This document shows positions 52,577-64,000 of a stretch of 64,000 nucleotides of DNA, piece after piece. The notes under the pieces were generated by a model. The model saw nothing but the letters and a program-made list of their open reading frames with translations, was not told the DNA's origin and did no database searches. Origin of the DNA: Takakia lepidozioides. Lineage: Eukaryota; Plantae; Bryophyta. Numbering within the stretch: the stretch's first letter is position 1; each line of letters opens with the position of its first letter. Both the position numbers and the translations under genes were made by a program. The DNA lies in contig CM060734.1 in NCBI GenBank assembly GCA_030704615.1, positions 1,116,001-1,180,000 of the forward strand. The letters are read 5' to 3'.

Positions 52577-52715
52577 TCTAAGTTGTTGTGCAAGCTTTTT
52601 GTTGTTCTTCATAATTACGAATAACTTTGTTTTTACTTTTGTAGGTCTAAGTTGTTTTGCAAGCTTTTTGTTGTTCTTCATGGTTACGAATAATTTTTTT
52701 TTTACTTTCGTAGGG
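52577..52715. repeat. Two-copy tandem repeat (~69-bp period)
   Basis: CTAAGTTGTT.TGCAAGCTTTTTGTTGTTCTTCAT..TTACGAATAA is duplicated. Confidence 0.8.
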
Positions 52716-54629
52716 GGACCTACGTAATTTTGCTCTTGCAGCACATTGGGATGTGTCAACTGGATTTTGATGCTAGTTAAATTAACTAGTTCACTAGTTA
52801 ATGTGAAACTAGTTAGTATGAAACTATTTAGTTTAAGATAGCTAGTGCGAAACTAGCTAGGAAATAACTAGTTGTTGTATTGACACTTGAGTTTGCCCAA
52901 GTGCCAATCCAGGGGCCAAAGTTAATAATGGGCCTTGGGAGGAGTTAAGCGTAAGACGCGGTGAGGCTCATCTCTTTCGAGTTGAGCCTCACCACATCTC
53001 GCAGCTTAGCTATGGCGTTGTGTACGGTTGATACCCCAGAGCCTTGGGGTGCAGTGGGCTTAACCAAGTATGATGATTTTTGTGTGTCATTATCACTCGA
53101 GAGAGATGGCTTGTGTCTTTTAGTGCGAGATATGAGTCTTAGTTAGCACTAGTGTTTTGTTTTTGTGTATGAAACTTCCTTAAGATGTCAGCTCAGTTGA
53201 GTGAGTGGAAAAAATTAGCAGTTGAAGGCATTACTCGTGTCGAGGAAACCTGTAGTTAAGAGAAAAATGAAATTTTGAGAAGAAAGATTGGTTTGTTTAC
53301 GTGCTTAGCTGCTGATTTCTCTGTGACGGAAGTGATGAAACTGAATACAGATGGCATGTGAGCAATATCGATGGAGTTTCAGCACCGTAACAAGTGAGCA
53401 AGTGACGAAGAGATGAGGCAGTCTGCAACTCCTAGGTTGGGAAAGTGCAGCCTGGAGGCATTAACTATTTTGTGCAGGCACGATATGTGTAGACAATGGC
53501 CACTTCATATTGACTAGTATCGGCTCGCGGACAGCTTTACTGTTGTATGATAAACCAGCGACGTATGATGAACCAGCGAGTTGCCGAAGAAGAGGAAGGC
53601 AGTATCGAGGGCAACAGCTCGCTCAATCACGAACGTCAGAATTTGATTCAACTGGAGGTGGTGAACGACTGAGTCAGGTTTGTGTATGATGTTCAAGTGC
53701 TAAGAAATGCCCAAAGGAGCAAACTGGAGAGGATCTGCTTATAGAATTCAGGCGGGCTGCTGGTGGAGATCCCAACTTGGCTATGTGTTTTACCTTAAGG
53801 CTTAGAGTCTTGATACTGGTTGGTCAATAACGGAATGACCTCTGGCACAAATCTGAAGCATGAAAAGGAAGGAAGCTGCTAGTAGATGTTTGTAGCAGTT
53901 GCACATGCTACCCTTTGAATACTATGGAGAAGAGATGAAACTGCCGCTAACGCTTCAGCGCAAAGACAAGCTGCAGGATCTTGTTCATGACATATATTCT
54001 CTAAATGCTTGTTTCTACAAGGTTGAAGGGACCTGATCTGAAAGGGGCATGATCTGCATTCGTGCCTACTTGCACATGAGTAATCATATGCCACTTCAAT
54101 GGTGAAATCGCACAATGATGAACAGATTTTGGGTGTTCAGGTGCCGTTGGTGTTAGGTGCAATAGGGCATTGAAAATGTAAGGGCTGGAACCAGATGACC
54201 AGCAACACCCTAGCAACGCTCCGAATGGTGTAGCCGTTGCTGCCAAGCCGTGTTGGAACCAGCTCATGACCTGCAACATCTAGCCTATAATATGCCAGGG
54301 ATAAGCCACACGGAAGAGTATCTGCAAGGGTTGATGTTAGCCGATCTTGTAAGCTAGGAAGCTGATAATAACACATGACGGGGCTGACCGCAACGTAGCC
54401 AGTTGGTTGGCGTCGATATGTTTACAAGGTACTTGCAGGCTGGTGCTTAAAAACCACAATGACAAGCAGAATATGGAGTGGCTTACTGGTAACTGAGTTA
54501 GCAAATACAATGAAAAGCCGCCACTCAAGTTGATGGCTGTTAAGAACAAGAAGAAGCAGGGAGCGGCAGTGTCTCGGTAGAGCAACCTGACGGTAGAGAT
54601 GTGAAGAGAAGTGGAGCACGGTGTGAGGC

Positions 54630-56137
54630 CTATGCAACTCCGACCACTACCCTATATCCATCTCCCTCCCACCGTCCCTCGTCCCTTTCCGACCCCTTCT
54701 GGATATACTCACCCCACCCCCACAGCCGCGGATCCTTTCACCTATACCACAGTGCAATATCACAGCCTTCCAAAAACACTTCCAACCTGCCTCCTATAAC
54801 TTCATACACAAAATATCCCCAAATGCTGTTAGATACCAACCTTCCCCCCACCGAAGCCTGGGCCATAACTGAAAACCTACTTACAGCCACTATGCAAGAA
54901 ATGACAAAAAGCATTCTGGCTACGTGATCCTCTCCCCCTGACCTCCCACAAACTACTCGATGGCTATCTCACCCACACCCAAAAACGCGAATGGACTCTA
55001 CACCTCAACATCTAATATCACTCCATTAGACGCGCCCTCTCCATCACTCCTACTCGCCCAACCCCCTCATATAACAATTGGCAAGTCGACCCACGTATTA
55101 CTGCCTTGAACACCCTACCAATATGCCAACCATTAATGCATCCCCCCACAAACCCGCTTGCTCTCCCCCAGTGGACTGCCTCTCTCTCCAAGATTGAAAG
55201 AGATGCCCAAAAAGCTGTATATGCCATCACAAAGCATAAAGCCACCGAAAACCACAAAAAATTCGTCACTTCCTTTGGAAAGCTACTACACGACCACCCC
55301 AAAAGAGCTCACAAAGCCATCTTCAACCCCGCAATCAACCCACCTATCGACTGCATCAAACACAGATTTGGCCATATGTTAACCCACCCTGAGGATATTA
55401 GACATGAAATTTGGCTACAAGCTTCTGACTCATACACACCTACGGTCAATAACTGCTTGCACCCTAACCTACACCAACACAACTGTTTATGTAAAGTAAA
55501 ACACTACCCATGACACGATCTTGATGGCTTCTCACTTGAAAAGCGAGGCCAACCCGAGGACCTATTCAACTCATGCCTAAAAGCTCTTTCTCAATCAAAA
55601 GCCCCGGGCCCGGATCTAATCCCCAACGCCATCCTACAAGCACTTGACCCCCCGTTCCATTCTCTCCTCTTTAATTTTTTTCAACTTTGCTACCTACTTC
55701 AACGTATCCCACTCTCGTGGAAACATAGCCGAACCATTCTATTATTCAAAAAAGATGACCCAACAGATCTAAGTAATTACAGACCAGTAGCCCTCGCCAA
55801 CACTATCTATAAATTATTCACCAGTACCCTAACAAGGATGTTGTCTAATTTCGGAACACCAGATTTTAAGTGACCCCCAAGAAGGGTTCCGGGCCACACG
55901 AAGCACAATCCGTCAGATACAATACGTTATCTCCGCCCTAGAAGACGCCAAGCTTACCAAACAAGACATCTACCTCCTCTATATCGACTTAAAAAATGCC
56001 TTCGGCTCTCTGGACCACCCTAGATTATTGGCCATCATGTCGGATCTAGGTTACCCCACCGACGCCATCCAACTCATCGGTAACATCTACACCAACAACA
56101 CCACAGAATATTCTGGTTCCTACTATGGCTCCAACCC

Positions 56138-56171
<34 letters not shown>

Positions 56172-58325
56172 TCCCATCCTAAGCGGCACCATCCAAGGGG
56201 ACACGTTGAGCCCCTATCTCTTCATTATCTTCCTTGAACCATTACTAAGATAGCTCGCCCGAGGCAACTTAGGATAACAATACAACACCTCTACGTCTAA
56301 CAAAATATCCGCAGCCGCTTACGCAGACGACCTCACTATCCTAGCACACAAGCCACAACATCTCAACCGCCAGGTCGATAAACTCTCCCGCTTTAACCAA
56401 TGGTCAGGCATGGAACTGAGTCTTCACAAATGTGCGGTCACTGCAGCCACACATAATAGCAAATTCACTAAATCTACGATCGCCTCCCACTGCAAGCTCC
56501 ACATCCGTTACCAACAAAAACATTTTCCCTTCTTAGGTCCAGATGAACCCTACACATACCTAGGCATCCAACTAGTCCCATCGCTTACCTAGAATATCCA
56601 AAAGCAAACAACCCTCTCTAAACTAACAAGAGCCTAGCCCTTCTCAAATCCCCCATTCGTCCCAAACTAGCTATCATCCAACAAGTCCTCCATCCACAAA
56701 TCCAATACGCCTTTCATGCAGCCCCCTTTTCCGTGCCTGACATTAGACAGCTGGACAAAAATATTATCCAACTCACCAAACGTATATGTGGCTTACCTAC
56801 CAGTACCCCCAACGTCCTCACTCAGCTCCCCCAAGACAATTATGGCATAGGATCCACTCCCCTTATTACCTCATATGCATGCACACTTGGTACACAACTC
56901 CTAGAAGCCCTCAACGACCCGGGTCGTCTAGGGCTCATTTTCCACCCACCGCCCGCACCCTCTTTCTCCTGTGCCAAATGAAAATAAGCATCCAAACTGA
57001 TCTTCCTGGCTATCCCACCTCCATATCACCACTTGAACGCGATTGGAACAATAGCCCCTCTTCATCACAATTTGAAATCTCACATCCTAAACAGAAAAAA
57101 CACATCCTCGCCTACTTCAAAGCTCGACATATCACTAACTTTGCCCAATTCACCACTACGGATGGACACCGGCTCCTAACCTCAAGTCAATTCACCTTAA
57201 AACACTCACAGGCCACGATTAAGACACGTCGCTATCTACTCCATCTGCGTCTCCTCTTTTGCCACCCATCTGCCTCCTGCACCTTACAATGTGATATGCC
57301 ATGCAAGCTCTACTCGCACAATATCCAAGACCTCCTCCCGGAATTCAAAACAGCGCCAGCCCCATCAACCCCCCAGTCTATACCCCCCCCCCCCCCCCCC
57401 CCCCCCCACCCCCTCACCGCACCTCCCTGTATGTCACCGACATCACCTAACAGACATCAACAATCACCCCCTATATCCCAATTGTCGCCCACTCCACCAC
57501 TGTACCCCCACCTACCAGACCCAGACCACCCCGAGGCCTTTGTCATTGAAGCTATCCTCGACATCAAAACCCAAACATCATTTGATGCCTTCGGAGCGAT
57601 ATGTGTTGATACATATTATTTATGTAAATGGGAGGGATTCCCAGCAGAAGATAACACATGGCAAATTGAAGACGACCTCTTTGGATCACATGACGACTGT
57701 GACCCGGTTCATAACCGCACTCTCCTCATCAGATTCCACAAAACCACAAACACCACCCATGTAAGGTACACCCACCAACATCATGTCTCGCAAACCCAAT
57801 CCACTGACACCCGCTACATCAGCCAACCACTAGCCACTCCTAATATACAAATACACATCACCGAATGCAACCCAGACAAAGATATTATACCCGGCCACCC
57901 ATTAATATGCCCCAGCACCTCACAATCCAACATTTACACAATCAGCGGTAGTTTTGCCGGATCAATTCCCAATGTCCGGCTTGCCTGGCTTTGGTATAAA
58001 TATTCCACCTCTGACACACATAATAGCCAGCTACAGCCTCCAAAATAAGACTTTGCCACAGAGATCAGCTGGCTTCTTAACCGATACCTTGGCAATACCC
58101 CCGCTAAGAAGCCCCGTAATCTCAACAAACTGGCGCAAGCCTACTCCCATACTACCCTCCCCCCAGACATCCTCAAACTCCTCATCGCCTCATTTCAGTT
58201 GGCTCACTCATATTACTCCAGCCCACTAACCTGCCCCATGGAGCTCTCCACATACAGCAACCCACATCCACGTGACCGTATATTCGGTGCTTTAGGAACC
58301 GCTACCCAGCACACATGGACAGGAG
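54630..58325 (+). mobile_element. 5'- and 3'-truncated non-LTR retrotransposon (Dualen/RandI-like LINE): APE tail, RT, chromodomain, MTase-like domain
   Basis: APE end SDHYPI at ~54639. RT motifs KAPGPD, YRPVALANTIYKLF, QEGFR, LEDAKLTKQDIYLLYIDLKNAFGS, GTIQGDTLSPYLF, AYADDL, YTYLG. Chromodomain at 57536-57680. MTase-like segment at 58145-58325. Stops and frameshifts present. Confidence 0.88.
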
Positions 58326-61300
58326 GAGCCTCACTCACCCGCTCGCAGGGCCACTTGCACGAGGCCCTGCTCCTCCCAGTGCACTCTTCTTGGCCCACTT
58401 CAAGGCCAAGGAACGATCCTCCCCGAGGATCGAATTGCCTTACTGCAACAACATTGTTTGCGACCACTCATGATGCCGCTTTCGGCATTACCTTGAGCAA
58501 GGGTTCACCTTGAATCCCTTTTTGACTAGGAAGATAACCTTGAACCAATCGTGCGCCCCAATCACTACAATTGGGTCCGCCTTGGAATGCTGGCTTGCGG
58601 TACGGGAACACGCCGAAGCCGCACTACGACTTTGTCCCGAGGCTACACGATTATAGTACCTGAATGGAAGCACGTAGCTTCCGCATTAGCCCGCACTACA
58701 AGGCAACCCCCTCGGTAGCGCAGTTATAGTACGCGCACGCGTCAGGTGCGCACTAGCACGTGAACTCCCAATGAAGGCGCAAGTTTCGTTACCCCTTGGA
58801 TGTGAGTCACTCGATTTTGGCACTGCGCAAACACACGATTAACCCAATTTACCTCTCCCACTTTTGTAAACTAGCATGCATTCTACACACTAGCCAATCA
58901 TACCATGCATCACCATTCCAAACAAAATAGAACGCACAACATTTGGAAACCATTTCATTTATAACAAAATTTGTACAATGCAAGTTTTTGCAATCGGATT
59001 CCTGAGCTAGCTAAGCCGAGCTAAACATGCATTTCCTCCCCCATGCTCCAAGGTTGATGTCCCCATCAATGCTTCTTCCGCTTATGAGGTCGCCCTTCGA
59101 AAGCTGCAACCGCCTCGGATGCGTTTCCCATTTCTGAGGCACGCACCCAAGATGCCTCCACATGATAATAGCCCTTCCATTTCACGAGATACTCCGTTTC
59201 TCGATTCTTGAACCTCCTCGACTTAAGCACTGCCTCCACCTCGTACTCAGGTTCATTTTCATGATCCAACAGCACAGGTGGCGGACGCAACACTTGATGC
59301 CGATTCGGACGCGCTTCATCTTTGAAGTAAGGCTTCAAAAGGGAGACGTGGAATATCGGATGCACCTTGCTGTTTGCCGGCAGCTCCAATTCATACACAT
59401 CCTCATTCATAACCTTCCGGATGCAAAAGGGTCCCGCATACGGAGGTACGAACTTCGGACTCACTTCCAGTGGTAGTCGAAAATTCTTGATGTTCAACCA
59501 GACCTCCGTGCCTGCCTCAAACATAACTTCCCTCCGCTTCCGATTTGCCTGCCGTTCATACCGTTTCCTAGCTTTGGCAATGTTGTACTTTGCGAGCTTC
59601 AACAGACGCTCGCGTTCTTCCAGCACCAGTGCTGCTGCCGGTTTCTCAACGTCTTGGGCGGCCCAACTTGTCGGCACCAGAGGCGCTTTTCCATAGACCA
59701 ATACGAAAGGGGAAACTCCCGTTGCGGAGTGTTTTGTGTTATTATAACAGAACTCTGCCGCATCCAAGTGCTCCACCCAGTCCGATTGGTCTGCCGACAC
59801 GTAATTCCGCAAATCTGCTTCACCACGGAATTCACCCTTTCCGTTTGGCCGTCCGTCGTAGGTCGGAAGGCGGTGCTCATCTTGAGCCTCGTCTCCATTT
59901 TCTTCCAAAGTGCCCTCCAAAACTTACTTGTAAACTTTGGATCGCGGTCCGAGACAATATCCTTCGAGAGTCCATGATGCTTGAAAACGTGGGCGAAGTA
60001 AAGTCGCATCGTCTCCTGCGCCGTTGCCGTCTCCTTGGTGGGGATGAAATGGCCCATTTTACTGAACCTATCCACCACTACCATGATTGCATCGAATCCT
60101 CTTGACAGCGGCATAGCAGTCATGAAATCCATCGAGACACTTTTCCAAGACCCCTCTAGAATCGGCAAGGGTTGTAACAGCCCCGCTTGCTTTTTGTACT
60201 CGCTCCGGTTTTGTTGGCATGTGGTGCATGTCTTGACATACTCCTCGGCCTCCTCCCTTAGTTTGGGCCAGAAATACTCTTTCTTCAGGAGTGTCGCGGT
60301 GCGTTTGGCTCTGCTGTGGCCCGCAAGCGTGTCATCATGGCATTCTCTCAAGAGACTATCTCTGATCCCTCCCATCGGCACGTAGAGACGCTTTTATTTG
60401 TACCGGAGCAGTCCATTTTGCAAGTGGAACTGCGATTTAACCTCCATCCTCAAGTCCTACATCACGGACTTTGTCATCTCGTCCTTTTGGTAAGCCTTCC
60501 GGATCTTCTTTTGGAGCGCCGTCTCGCCCCTATATACCAACATGAGCTGCTGCTTTCTACTTAGAGCATCGGCCACCACATTGTCCTGTCCCGGTTTATA
60601 TTGGATATCCACGTTGAACACCGCCAAAGTATCTTGCCACCTAAGTTGTTTTGGGGACAACTTAGGCTGTGTGGCAAAATACTTCACCATGACATTGTCC
60701 GTGAACACCTTCACCGGGTTGGAACCAACATAGTGGCGCCAAAGCTCATGACAATGCACCATCGCGTTCATTTCTTTCTCGTGCGTTGGCCACCGTCGCT
60801 CCACTTCATTCAGTTTCTTACTTTCGTAAGCCACTGGATGTCCATCGTGTATGAGTACACCTCCAATCGCGAAGTCCGACGCATCCGTATGAATCTCAAA
60901 TGGACGGTCGAACTCCGGAATTTTCAGGACTGGAGCTTCGGCCATCCGCTGCTTCAACTTGGCAAAAGCTTGGCCACAAAAGGTGTTCCATACACATACC
61001 TTGGATTTACACAGAAAGTCCGACAGTGGCCCCGTGATTTTGGCGAAAATTCTCATATACTTTCGGTAATAGGAGGCGAGTCTTAGGAAGGATCGCACTC
61101 CCGGGACCGAAGTCGGAGGCTCCCAGTCCAAGATCGCCCTCACATTCTGTCATCCATTTTTATCCCATCCTGTGTAATCACATGCCCTAGGAACTCTACT
61201 TTTGTGACCCCGAATTCGCACTTTTTAGCTTTGGCATACAGCTTTCATTCCCGCAATTTCTAGAACACCCTTTTGAGGTGCTCCAGATACTCTTTCTTTG

Positions 61301-61750
61301 TTTTCGAGTACACCAAGATGTCGTCGATGTACACGATTACAAAGTCATCCAACTACTCCTGGAAATGGCTGTTCATTAGCGTACTAAAGGTTGCGGGTGC
61401 GTTGAGTCGAAAAGGCATCACCAAGAACTCATACGAACCATATCTTGTCCTGCACGCAGTTTTCTTCTCATCTCCTTCCGCCACTCGGATTTGATGGTAG
61501 CTGGAGCGCAAATTGATCCGGCTGAAATACTTCGCTGCTGCCAACCGATCGAAGAGGTCGTCGATCCTTGACAAAGGGTATCGGTTCTTGATAGTCACCT
61601 TATTCAGAGCCCTATAATCGACACACATCCGCAGCGTCACATCCTTCTTGTCTGCGAATAGCACCGGGGCTCCGTATGGTGACTTACTCGGCCGGATGTA
61701 ACCCTTTGACATTAGATCCTTGAGCTAAGCCTTCAGCTCGACCAACTCTC
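58326..61750 (-). mobile_element. Chromovirus (Ty3/Gypsy) copy 2: RT, RNase H, integrase, chromodomain, PPT and truncated 3' LTR
   Basis: [62 protein letters not shown] region, SMDF, chromodomain. PPT at 59032-59042. LTR from 59031 is near-identical to copy 1. The 5' part is interrupted at ~61755 by another Ty3 element. Confidence 0.92.
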
Positions 61751-61755
61751 TGTGG

Positions 61756-62387
61756 TGTCACAGACATAGCCCAGAAGAACTTATCAAGAGTAAATACCAG
61801 AAGTTACCAAGTTATTATGGTACCAAAAATTACCATGACTTACCGTAATTTACCATGATCTATCATGATTTACCATTACTTACCAAGTTGCCGGGAGTTT
61901 ACCAAATTACCAAGAGTAACTTGGGAAACTACTCAGGAAGCTTCCTTTGGAGGAAACTTCTCCAACAAGATACCTCATTTGTTTAAGGAAGCTTCTCCAT
62001 CAAGAAACCTTTGTTTAATCTTGGAAACTTCTCCAGCAAGAAATCTCCATAGGAGAGGATTTTTGGGGAAGCTTCTTAGTAGTCAGTATATATAGGAGGC
62101 AAGACTGGACACTCTTCAGTCTCGCCACCACCAGTTCAAGCTACTCTTGTTTCCAGTTCCCAGTACTCTAGCCCAGTTTCTAGTATCTCGTACTCCAGTC
62201 CAGTTTCCAGCATTCTAGTATTCAAGTCGTGTTCCAATATCTTGTACTCTTGTTCATTGTTATAAAGATCGTCTTGATTCCTATTTACTCATCGTGCATT
62301 CGGCCACGCCGACCTTGACTTCTTGTCTAGCATTGTACCTCTAGTTTTATCTCTTGTTTGTGTTCAGTCATGTTCTCGACCTTGACA
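61756..62387 (+). mobile_element. 5' LTR (632 bp) of a nested Tcn1/Tf1-like Ty3 element
   Basis: TGTCA...TGACA termini. TATATATA at 62087-62094. Followed immediately by a PBS-position sequence and gag. Confidence 0.85.
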
Positions 62388-62400
62388 GTTTGACGAGACT
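62388..62400 (+). promoter_or_regulatory. Self-priming-type primer binding site
   Basis: TGACGAGACT (62391-62400) is complementary (9/10) to AGTCTCGCCA at 62118-62127, which lies 31 nt after the start of the TATA box. It lacks the TGG start of a tRNA PBS. Confidence 0.65.
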
Positions 62401-62425
62401 AAAGTTTGTTCTTTGGTTAGTTAAG

Positions 62426-64000
62426 ATGGAAGGCACATTTGCGGAAATGGTCACCACATTGCAGAGTCTTCAGCTCCAGATGCAAGAACTTCGTCATCTA
62501 CCGCCCAATTGTAAGCTGATCAGTCTCAAGATCTTGACAACGCTCTCCACAATTTGCAACAACAAATTTCAGAATTAAAGGAGTCGAACAATGGATCTTC
62601 ATTCATACGAGTCCCTACTGCAACAGCTCCTACTGCAACGGTTCATCTTCAACAGATTACGAGAGAACCAAAGATCAGCATGCCCGAGAAATTTGATGGG
62701 ACGAGATCAAGATTTCGCGGTTTTGTTCAACTAGTACGACTGTTCCTACGACTACCTCCACAACGCTACCCCGATGAAGGAATTCAAGTGGGATTCGTGG
62801 GCACCCTTCTTGGTTTGCACCGCTATTAGAAAAAAATTCGCATTTACTATATAATTTTGTAGCATTCATGTCCGAGTTCACTGCAACGTTTGGAGATAAT
62901 GATAGAGAGAGAGTTGCAGAAACAAAGATGCGAAATCTTCGACAAGGAGCACGTCCTGCTTCCGTTTATGCTGCCGAATTTTGACAACTTGCGTGCGACC
63001 TCGACTGGAATGAGAAGAGCCTCATTAGTCAGTTTCGATGTGGACTAAAAGATGATGTAAAAGATTTGTTGCTGACAATGCCAAATGTGAGCACACTAAG
63101 TGAATTCATCACCCAAGTCATTGCATGCGATAATCGTTTGTTCGAAAGACGTCAAGAGAAGCGATCTAGATGGTCGACGACGCATCATGTCACTGCTACT
63201 ACGACATCAAATACAACGATCCATCAGACATCCAGTAGTAATCCTATGCAGATTGATGTTGTCCGATTCAAACCATTGACGCCACAAGAAAAACAAAGAC
63301 GGCGCTCGAATGGATTATGCCTCTATTGCGGAGAAGAAGATCACATAACATTAAACTGCCCCAACAAAAGAAGATTCAAAGCTCGGGACATAACTCAAGT
63401 GTTCGATACGAGGAGGTCGGAAAACGACGATGTCCAGTCACAGTAGGGACCATGCGGCTGGACACCACAAATTCCTTACCGAAAAAAGGTTTCTTTCTAC
63501 CTCCAGACCCTGCACCTTGCTTCACAGTTCCGGTAAAAATCAGAGTGCAAAATCGAGATATCGTTGTAGAAGCACTTTTGGACTCAGGAGCTTCAGCTTG
63601 TTTTATGGACAAAAACTTTGCGAAGCAACACAATTTAACGCTCGTAAAGAAGAAACTCTCGGCCCCCGTTGAAGTCATCGATTGACGACCGTTAGCATCA
63701 GGAAATGTGGACCATGAAACTCGACCACTTGAAGTGAAGCTTAAATATCAAGCATCACATATTGTTTTCAATGTCATCCAGTCTCCAACGAATCATGTGA
63801 TCCTTGGACTTCCCTAGTTCGTACTTCACAATCCCGACATCGACTGGTGATCGCGAAAAATTTCTTCAAGACAAAAATGTAGAAATATCAAAGGTATTCA
63901 ACCCCTATTCTTTGGAGCTAGAGCTTTCATGAGAGCTACAAAAAAAACGGCGGCATTTGCACTTTATGCGACTCCGATCAAGACCACAACAGACAAAGGT
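62426..64000 (+). pseudogene. Ty3/Gypsy gag and protease (pol start in the -1 frame), disrupted; runs off the window
   Basis: EPKISMPEKFDGTRSRFRGF, LRQGARPASVYAAEF, CLYCGEEDHITLNCP zinc knuckle, protease ALLDSGASACFMD and ILGLP. Confidence 0.9.

Noticed and set aside
53880-54060. Faint resemblance to a hAT dimerisation domain (MLVSTRLKGPDL)
   Set aside because: Too degraded to support a call without a profile search.

Overview
Eukaryotic, intron-containing land-plant DNA. The PLS-type PPR motifs and Tcn1-like Ty3 elements suggest a bryophyte, lycophyte or other non-seed plant, but that is inference. There is one intact host gene, an 11-exon NDL/SF21 (NDRG family) gene on the minus strand at 2371-5983. 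The rest is a nested transposon landscape. DNA transposons: two non-autonomous hAT elements, a PIF/Tourist MITE, and a 13.4-kb CACTA element bounded by both TIRs and a GGT TSD (20701-34105). The CACTA has a second, degenerate internal end and carries a COQ5 fragment. Host-gene debris: a decayed tandem PLS-PPR array and a captured two-exon Sec23/Sec24 fragment. Retroelements: several Ty3/Gypsy relics and a 5'-truncated LINE. The most unusual items are: (i) three tandem ~320-bp F-box mini-ORFs packed virus-style behind a long retroelement accessory ORF (43.3-47.5 kb); (ii) a Dualen/RandI-like LINE whose ORF continues past RT into a chromodomain and a PCIF1/Dam-like adenine-methyltransferase-type domain; (iii) an LTR family with a conserved PPT/LTR edge but different antisense ORF cassettes; (iv) a Ty3 element with a Tf1-type self-priming PBS and a -1 frameshift pseudoknot. 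All family assignments come from motif recognition by eye; no database searches were run.
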